DNA of 63,900 nucleotides, counting the filler, from Olpidium bornovanus S191 (lineage: Eukaryota; Fungi; Olpidiomycota): assembly GCA_017911155.1 (NCBI GenBank). It is 33 parts of 33 records of this genome, joined end to end, with 100 filler letters (N's around TTAATTAATTAA, not from the genome) between each part and the next. Parts side by side here need not be neighbours in the genome. Positions count along the whole stretch, not along the records: positions 55,775 to 57,437 come from JAEFCI010009555.1; positions 57,538 to 59,055 come from JAEFCI010005631.1; positions 59,156 to 60,619 come from JAEFCI010012764.1; positions 60,720 to 62,710 come from JAEFCI010002623.1; positions 62,811 to 63,900 come from JAEFCI010001729.1; 28 more parts are not named here. One strand, written 5' to 3'. A model generated the notes under the pieces. That model did no database searches. It was not told where the DNA came from and worked only from the letters and a program-made list of their open reading frames with translations. The stretch's first letter is position 1; every line of letters starts with the position of its first letter. Shown here piece by piece: positions 56,649 through 63,900 of the stretch. The position numbers and the translations under genes were made by a program.

Positions 56649-57329
56649 TTACCGCTCTTCTCCCTTCTTCCTGCGCCTGGCGGCCGCGCCGGCTTGGATC
56701 CCGCCGGCCGCGGCGGAGGCCGCCGCCGCCGGGGCGCCACCGTCGACTTCTTCCGCCTCGCCCCTCCGGTCCTCGAGCAACGCGGCGCGCGGCGGCTCGT
56801 CCTCCAAAAACACTGCCCAAACCGTCAGGCCCATCAGCACGGCGACGACCACCCAGAACGACCACCAGGGCAGCGTGCGCCAAAAGCGGGAAAGCGAGCC
56901 GGAAGCCCGGCCGAGCAGCGCCAGCGCCGTCGCGAGGGCCCCGAACGGGTGAAGGTAGCCGGCCCACTTCTGCCCCGTCTTCTTCACCTCCCGCACCGCG
57001 CGGACTAGCGACTCAGCCGACAGCCGCTCGTAGGCCGGCGACCAGATCTCGCCGTGAGAGATGTGGTAGACAGTGGGCAACCTTTTTTTGTGATAAAGGG
57101 ACGGTCGGCAGCGGTGGGGTTAACCGACCCGGTTCTGGGCGAAGTGGGCGGGTTGCGGTTTCGCTCACTCTGCGCTTACGCGTTGACTTGGAACCGGGCC
57201 GCGAGCTCGGTGTCCTCGTCGACGTTGACGGCGGCGATCTTCAGGTCGGGAAACTCCTTCGCCAGAACCGCCGCCGCTTCTTCGTACACGGGGCCGAACA
57301 ACTGGCAGGCCCCGCACCAGTCCGCGAAA
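56649..57329 (-). CDS. Thioredoxin-domain transmembrane protein (TMX-like), 5' truncated
   Basis: Exons 57329-57180 and 57081-56649: FADWCGAC, IAAVNVDEDTELAARFQVNALPTVY, a hydrophobic WWSFWVVVAVLMGLTVWAVF segment and a basic C-terminus. Confidence 0.85.
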
Positions 57330-57543
57330 CTTTTTGAGAAAGGAATCATAGGAAAAAAACGTGTTCGTTCCACACACACACCCCCCCCCCCCCCCCCCCC
57401 CCCCCCCCCGCCCCCCGGAAAAAAAAAAAAAAAGAAANNNNNNNNNNNNNNNNNNNNNNNNNNNNNNNNNNNNNNNNNNNNTTAATTAATTAANNNNNNN
57501 NNNNNNNNNNNNNNNNNNNNNNNNNNNNNNNNNNNNNAAAAGG

Positions 57544-57574
<31 letters not shown>

Positions 57575-59199
57575 CGGGTGGGTAAGGGCCCTTGGCAGGA
57601 GTGTCGTTTGCGGTGCGGTGAAGGTCGCCGGGGAGGGGACGGGGAGGCGGTTGCCCCGGGGGACGGACGGGCGCCCCCCGCGAAAGCGTCCGCGGCGGGG
57701 ACGCAGCACCAGACGTCAAACCCCCGCGCGCTCGGAGCTAGCGAGAGTAGTATACGCGCGCGCTCCGCGAGGGCATTTCACGGATCCCGTCGGCGCCCTC
57801 GCCGCGTGATGCCGAGCCGACCGCCTTGTCCCGGCCCCCGCCCCCCCGCAAAATTGCCCTTTCGACAAAAAAAAGGGAAGATAAGGGAACGAACGGCGTC
57901 GGCGGCTGTCGCGGGGCGCCCTGCTTTTGCGCCCGGGACACGAACAAAAAAAAAAAAAAAAAAAAATGCGACGGAAGGAGAAGTGCGTGCAGGTCGAGGG
58001 AATCTAAGACGGCGAGAGTTCCGGAACGCTTCGCGAAGACCCGCCGGCCCGGCAGCGCCCGCAAAGCTTTTCAGAAACGGCCCGTCGAACCGGCGCGGCC
58101 GGCCGTCGGCGTTATCTGAATCTCAGCCCAGAGTCGGCTCGCTTGGCGCCTCCGAGAAGAAGTGCGGACGGGTTTCTCGTTCGGAACCACGCGGAATTCA
58201 GAAACGGCCCCCCGACCCTCCCAGCCTTACTGCGCCCATTTTCCAGAAAAAAACAAACAAACCCAAAAACATTCAAAACCAAATGGTACGCGCCTGGTTT
58301 TTGCCGCCCACCGGTGTCACCCGGGTACGCCTACCAGAGGTATCCACAATCTCGCAGCTGGAAAGAGCGTCAGCTGGTTCCCACATTAGGGGAGTGAAGG
58401 GGCCAATCGGATGGAACCGCGGACGACGTCTTTTTAGACTCCGCGGACAAACTTCTTGATCCTGGGCAACGTTCAGCCCAAAAACAGCCGCGGCGGCGGG
58501 GTCAGGGGGGCGGGGGGGGGGGGGGGTAGGGCAGCGTGCAGGGGAATCACCTGATGCGGCAGTGCAAGGTCTCCACACATACAACAGCAAGGTGCACTGG
58601 AAGTGCAATCCCGCACATTGCAGCCCGCAGTCCGCTGCGATCGTGCAGTTCCACCTGTTCCCGTCAGTTCCACAAACCATGCTTGCGCCCTCGCCTGCAA
58701 TTCCAAGAGGGCGGGAATCCGGAAGCTCTACTCCCAACGGGATTGGCACGGGTAAATTTTACCGCTCAAACCTCGGGTATCTTCTCCATTTATTGGCGAA
58801 TCAAGGACAACTGAGCCTGGCAATAGCTACACGGCTCACCAGCGTCCGCGGCGGCCGAACTTTCGGGACCCCGGCTTTGGTCCTCTCTGGAGCTTGAGAG
58901 CGACAAAGTTGTCGCTGACTTGACGACCCACATCCACCGTTCCGGTTGCTACTTGCCAAGTCGTTCCGGTAAATAGTGTGCGGCGCGGGTGACGCGAATA
59001 ACCAAACGCAAAACCGCAAAGCCGAAATGCAGAAGTGAGCCACCGGGCGACCATGNNNNNNNNNNNNNNNNNNNNNNNNNNNNNNNNNNNNNNNNNNNNT
59101 TAATTAATTAANNNNNNNNNNNNNNNNNNNNNNNNNNNNNNNNNNNNNNNNNNNNCATGCGTTTGTAGCGCGAAGCCGACAACGCGACACCGCAAAACA

Positions 59200-59730
59200 G
59201 GTAATGCGCGCTACCTTAAAGGAACGGCGCACCTCGGAATTCGCTACGATGGACCAAGGAACCTCGACATAGTCGAAATGTAGGCGACTGGGACAGGGCA
59301 GAGTGCCGGGAGATCCGCGCGTCGATTGCCGAATTAGTGGCCGTGTGCAGCTCCAATCTCTTGGCGATCAGCTTGACAAAGGTGCGCAGCCGCATCGTCA
59401 TGCGAGGCCGAGTTCGTCGCCGGCTCCGCAGCGGCGCAGGAAATGAAATGGCCAAGGTCCATCGACCCAGACGTCATCGAGGGACCATCACCCTTCTATG
59501 TCGATAACCATGCAGGCTGCTGAGCTAGCGGGTGACATCGCGGTATCGAAGAAAATCGAAGCGCATTGATATCAAGTTCCACCGTCTGAGACGGTGTGCC
59601 GCGGATCGAGAAATCCAGATCGAGCGCGTTGCCCTCCGCAGATAACCCGGCTGACCTTCCCACGAAGCCAATGGACAAAGTGAAATTCGTCAAGTTCAGA
59701 ACGGTGCTCGGTATGCAGGGCGGCATTTCA
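59200..59730 (+). mobile_element. Degenerate Ty1/Copia RT end plus RNase H
   Basis: RYLKGTAHLGIRY, WRSA*QRCAAASSCEAEFVA, FYVDN, KKSKRIDIKFH and PSADNPADLPTKP, with frameshifts and stops. Confidence 0.9.
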
Positions 59731-60068
59731 AATGACAAACCGCCGGCAGACACTGAGTAAAATGTAGATTAAAGTAGCATCTCATAGAGCGTGACCATGG
59801 AGTATGATAAGGGAGGGCGCGCGATGAGGAATGTATAGAAAAAATGAGGGAAACGGGGCTCAGGCCCAACCTGTGTGCATCACACGGCAAAAACAATCCC
59901 CCCCCCTATAAACCCCTGAAGAATCACTAGGAATCCCGTACTATAAAAATGCTAGAACCAAATAGAAAAAACACGCTCCCTACGTAGTCTCGTTCTACAA
60001 TCCGAGCTCGGCACAGTTTCCATTCTCGACCCTGCGTACGCGAATTCCTGTCGTTCTTTCACACCTTT

Positions 60069-60107
<39 letters not shown>

Positions 60108-60476
60108 TTCCGCGGCGCGTACGTTCAAAAAAGCCCGCCCGAGTAACAAAATCCTGGGGACGGTTGCGCGCATTCTTGCAGTTTGATCTTTTTAGTTGCT
60201 ACACATCGCCTAAGAACTTTCTTTTTCATTTATTCTGTCTCCCTCTGTCGCTCGAACCCGTCATTTCCGCGCCTTCGCCGGCTTCGGCACCCGGATGGTG
60301 GTGACGTTCGGCGTCACCGTCAGCGGGGGCTCGTGGTCTCGAGCGTATGCGTAGAACTTGTAGGTGGGCCAGGTGACCAGTAGCCAGACGCCTGACCGGG
60401 GCGTGGGCGAACGACGACGACAAAAAGAAAGGAAGAACGAAACAAAATGGCATTTTTTTCAGAAGATATTGGGATA

Positions 60477-60619
60477 GAAAGGAAGAAAAAAAAGGAAGGA
60501 AAAAAAAGGAAGGAAAAAAAAAGAAGGAAAAAAAAGGAAGGAAAAAAAAGGAAGGAAAAAAAAGGAAGGAAAAAAAAGGAAGGAAAAAAAAGGAAGGAAA
60601 AAAAAGGAAGGAAAAAAAA
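60477..60619. repeat. Purine minisatellite (GGAAGGAAAAAAAA-like)n at the contig end
   Basis: Read directly from the sequence. Confidence 0.9.
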
Positions 60620-61455
60620 NNNNNNNNNNNNNNNNNNNNNNNNNNNNNNNNNNNNNNNNNNNNTTAATTAATTAANNNNNNNNNNNNNNNNNNNNNNNNN
60701 NNNNNNNNNNNNNNNNNNNAAGGTTCGGGGGGGGGGGGGGGGGGGGGGAGGGAGGGGGTGGGCGAGCAGGGGTCGTTGGCCGCCGCGGGTGCGGGGAGAG
60801 CCTGTCGCTCTTTTCTCTCATCTTTCTCATTTCTCTTCTCTCGTCTTTCTCATCTCTCATCTTTCTCTTCTCTCATTTCTCATTTCTCTCATTTCTCATC
60901 TCTCTCATTTCTCATTTCTCTCATTTCTCTCTCTTCTCTCCCTCTGAGCTCCCCCCCCCCACCCCCGACTCCCCTCGGTGTTACAATCTAAAACGGTTAA
61001 AAATGAGACCAGGAAAATTACACGGGCGCTCCAAGGGAGGAGGAGGAGGAGGAGGAGGACGGGGGGGGGGGGGGGGGGGGGGGTGACGCTGCCGGTTTGT
61101 GGGTGGTTTTCTTTTTGGACCGGGGCATTTCGCAGCAGAAGAATAAATAAATAACGTAATTGCTCTACGCCGACGACCGGCGGGGGGTGGCGACTATTCG
61201 GCGCGTTTCGCTCGGGCGACCGTCGGCCTGCCGACCGTTTCTCTCGAGTCGATGCGCGCGCTGGCGGCGAACGTCTTTCTAAAGGGCAGGGGACCGGCCA
61301 ATGGGGGGGCGCGCCCCCGCTCGCCCTGCCCGCCGCGCGTGCTGCGAAACAAACCCGCGGGGGGGGGAGGGCGGAAATCCCAAACCCGGCGGACGGGAAA
61401 AAAAAAACAAAAAAAAAAAAAAAACCGTAAACCCCCTCCACGGGGGAAACGGGGA

Positions 61456-62574
61456 TCAGACGCGGAAGGAAAGGCAGGCGGCGGCCGCCGCCGCCGCGGC
61501 GATTAGCGCGCTGGCGTGCGGAGCGGCGGCGCTCGACGGGCCCACGGCGCCGCCGGGGACCCCGGGGGCGGGGCTGACGGCGAGCGGCGCCTTGTTCCAC
61601 TCGAAGTTGAACTCGCGCGAGACCGCGGTGGCGCGCTGCTCCACCCATTGCACCAGGCCCCACTGGATGGGCCCCACGGGGCCCTTGAGCCCCGCATCGA
61701 AGTCCTGGATCGTCCACGGCTTGAGGCCCGCGTGCGGCCTCGCCACCTGCCGGTCCCACTCGATCTCCGCCCGGTACCGCTTGGCGAGCGCGTCCAGCCT
61801 GAAGCCGACCGCGTCCGGGTTGAACACCTCTCTGACGAGGCCCGCGAGGATCTTCTCGAAGCGCGGCGCGAGGACCGACGGCGCCTTGAGCAGCTTGTTC
61901 ACCATCGTGCGGTCCGCGGCGTCCAAGGGGTCTAGCTTCCACTGCCGGGCCAGGAGGTCCTTGTACGACTGCGACGTCGCCTGCAAGCCGGCGGTGTTGT
62001 ACGGAGGCCCAAAGGCAATACCCTGCCAGAAAGGAAAGGCGGGGGAAACGAGAGAGAGAGAGAGAGGGAGAAAGAGGGAGAGAGCGAGAGAGAGAAGGAA
62101 GAGAGGAGAGAGAGAGAGAGAAAGAAGAGAGAAAAAGAAGAGAGAGAAAAAAAAAAGAGAGAAAGAAGAACGAAGAAAGAGTGAGAAAGAAGAGAGAAAG
62201 AAAAAAAAGAAGAAAGAAGAAAGAAGAGAGAAAGAAGAAAGAAGAGAGAAAGAAGAGAGAAGAGAGAAGAAAGAGAGAAAGAAGAAAGAAGAAAGAAAGA
62301 GAGAAAGAAGAAAGAAGAGAGAAAGAAGAAAGAAGAGAGAAAGAAAAATAAAGAAAGAAGAGCAAACGAAAAAAGAAGAGAGAAAAGAAAAAAGAGAAAC
62401 GAGACGCCAGACCGCGAGTTAGCATTTCGGCCGTCGCCTGCGACGGTCCCGACGTCCCTGTTCCTGAACTCACAAAGGTCTGGTCAAAGTCCTGGTCGAT
62501 GAAGTAGAACTTGAACTTGCCCGGCGCCGATTCGGCGGGGTCGTCGTAGACGACGAAGTTCGTTGAGAAGAACC
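61456..62574 (-). CDS. CotH-family protein, C-terminal part, with a probable GPI-anchor signal
   Basis: Exons 62574-62474 (FFSTNFVVYDDP...KFYFIDQDFDQTF) and 62022-61456 (FEKILAGLVREVFNP...RYRAEIEWDR...QWGLVQWVEQRATAV), ending SSAAAPHASALIAAAAAAAACLSFRV. Confidence 0.85.
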
Positions 62575-62644
62575 CTGCGGCCGCGGGACCCGCGGGACCG
62601 GAAAGTCAGCGATCCCCCCGCCCAAGCAGGCCCTGGCGCGCAAC

Positions 62645-62675
<31 letters not shown>

Positions 62676-63900
62676 ACCCCCCCCCCCCTCCCCCCCCGCC
62701 CCCCCCCTCCNNNNNNNNNNNNNNNNNNNNNNNNNNNNNNNNNNNNNNNNNNNNTTAATTAATTAANNNNNNNNNNNNNNNNNNNNNNNNNNNNNNNNNN
62801 NNNNNNNNNNCATGTATCTCAGCGACAGTGAGCCGTCCAACATAAACGCCGTTTGGCCTGCGAACCGGGAAGCGGAAGACTATTACGGCGTGCACCGCGA
62901 CGGGAACGAAACCGACGTGCCAGCTGTCGTCAACGGCGGCCACTACGACGTCCCCAGTGAGGCGGACAGCAGCGCCTTGCGGCAGTCGCCGCTCCGGGAT
63001 GCCGGCGAGAGCCCGGCGGATGCTGCTTGGGACGATAAACAGTAGTTCGAGAAATCTCCGGTCGCCTGGAAGGCCCCATGTTGCTGCTCCCCGTTATTTG
63101 CGGTTTCCCGGGAGAGCATCGGAGGCGCGCGCGCGTTCCCCTTTATTTGATGAATGCTCCCTTTCCTTCTTTCTTTCCGCTTCCTTACTTCTTCCCCCCA
63201 ACACGACCTCTCCATCGCAATCAATTGTCTCCGTGTCCTTCGTATGTCCTTATCTTCATGCCACTGCCGCCCTTTCTGCTTTCGCACTTCAATAGATACC
63301 AAAATGTAGTGATTTACTTGTGAGGACCCCATCACTCTCTCCAGCATTGAATCCTCCTCAGCACATGGTCTGGCACCGAACGACCTCTTAGCGCGCGTTG
63401 GGTTACCAGCTGTTGGCGAATACAGGTCCTGTCCCTCATCGTTCTCTGCCTGGGTACTTTGGTGGTGTTGGGACTTGTCCGAGCACGACCGACACTTTAG
63501 AGAGGGGGCGCCAAGTCCATACGCTCTTCAAATGCACAGGAACGCACGTGACGCAAAAGTCGGTAAAGCAAAAGTCGGTGTCACCACGGTGGAGTGTATT
63601 GCTGTCCGATGGTGTCATGAGCGCTTCCGCAGGTCATCTCGCGATATTTGTGTGCTCAAACCGGAAACCAGCCCCCTAGTCGCACCCGGCTGAACCTTTG
63701 CGCAGAACAGAACCGGGCAGCCTGTCACCAACGCCTCACAACGAGTGCCGAAAATGACGAAAAAGCTTGGCCTTGTGCAGAAGAGTTTGGGGAAAGGCGG
63801 GGGAGCACGAAAAATTTATCCTCAACTTTCTTTTTGTGACGTGTGACGAGGGGGGGGGGGGGGGGGGGGGGGTGGGGGGGGGGGGGCCCCCCCCCCCCGC

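Overview
This is not one locus. It is a concatenation of 33 short contigs (about 1-4 kb) joined by 32 artificial 100-nt linkers (44 N + TTAATTAATTAA + 44 N), so adjacency across linkers carries no synteny information. The DNA is eukaryotic and GC-rich, with short GT-AG introns (CTAAC/CTGAC branch sites), many poly-G/C and poly-A tracts, and LTR retrotransposon debris. Gene content points to a zoosporic, early-diverging fungus: a flagellar DRC8 homolog occurs together with chitin deacetylase, GH18 chitinase, CotH and a Whi5-like domain. An Olpidium-like organism is a guess I cannot verify. By manual splicing I recognise RPS24, RPS21, RPP1, LAMTOR2, a HAL/Npr1-type kinase, a GT37-like fucosyltransferase, an aldo-keto reductase, mL61/MRP49, DRC8, PKA-C, AP-3 delta, TDG/MUG, a BTB protein, a TH1-domain protein, a C12orf4/FERRY3 homolog, a TMX-like thioredoxin and CotH; most are truncated. 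The best lead is an array of five conserved two-hairpin motifs (290-935) in the non-coding 3' region of a short-LTR retroelement. Its stems are kept while loops vary, and three G-U wobbles all favour the element's sense strand, so it is a candidate new structured RNA. Other leads are an exon found inverted between 98-bp inverted repeats (probably a fold-back artefact), a hierarchical minisatellite with palindromic cassettes, a chitinase with an altered catalytic motif, and strong enrichment of CATG at contig ends. All protein calls come from remembered family motifs, not database searches, and coordinates were counted by hand (expect errors of a few nt).
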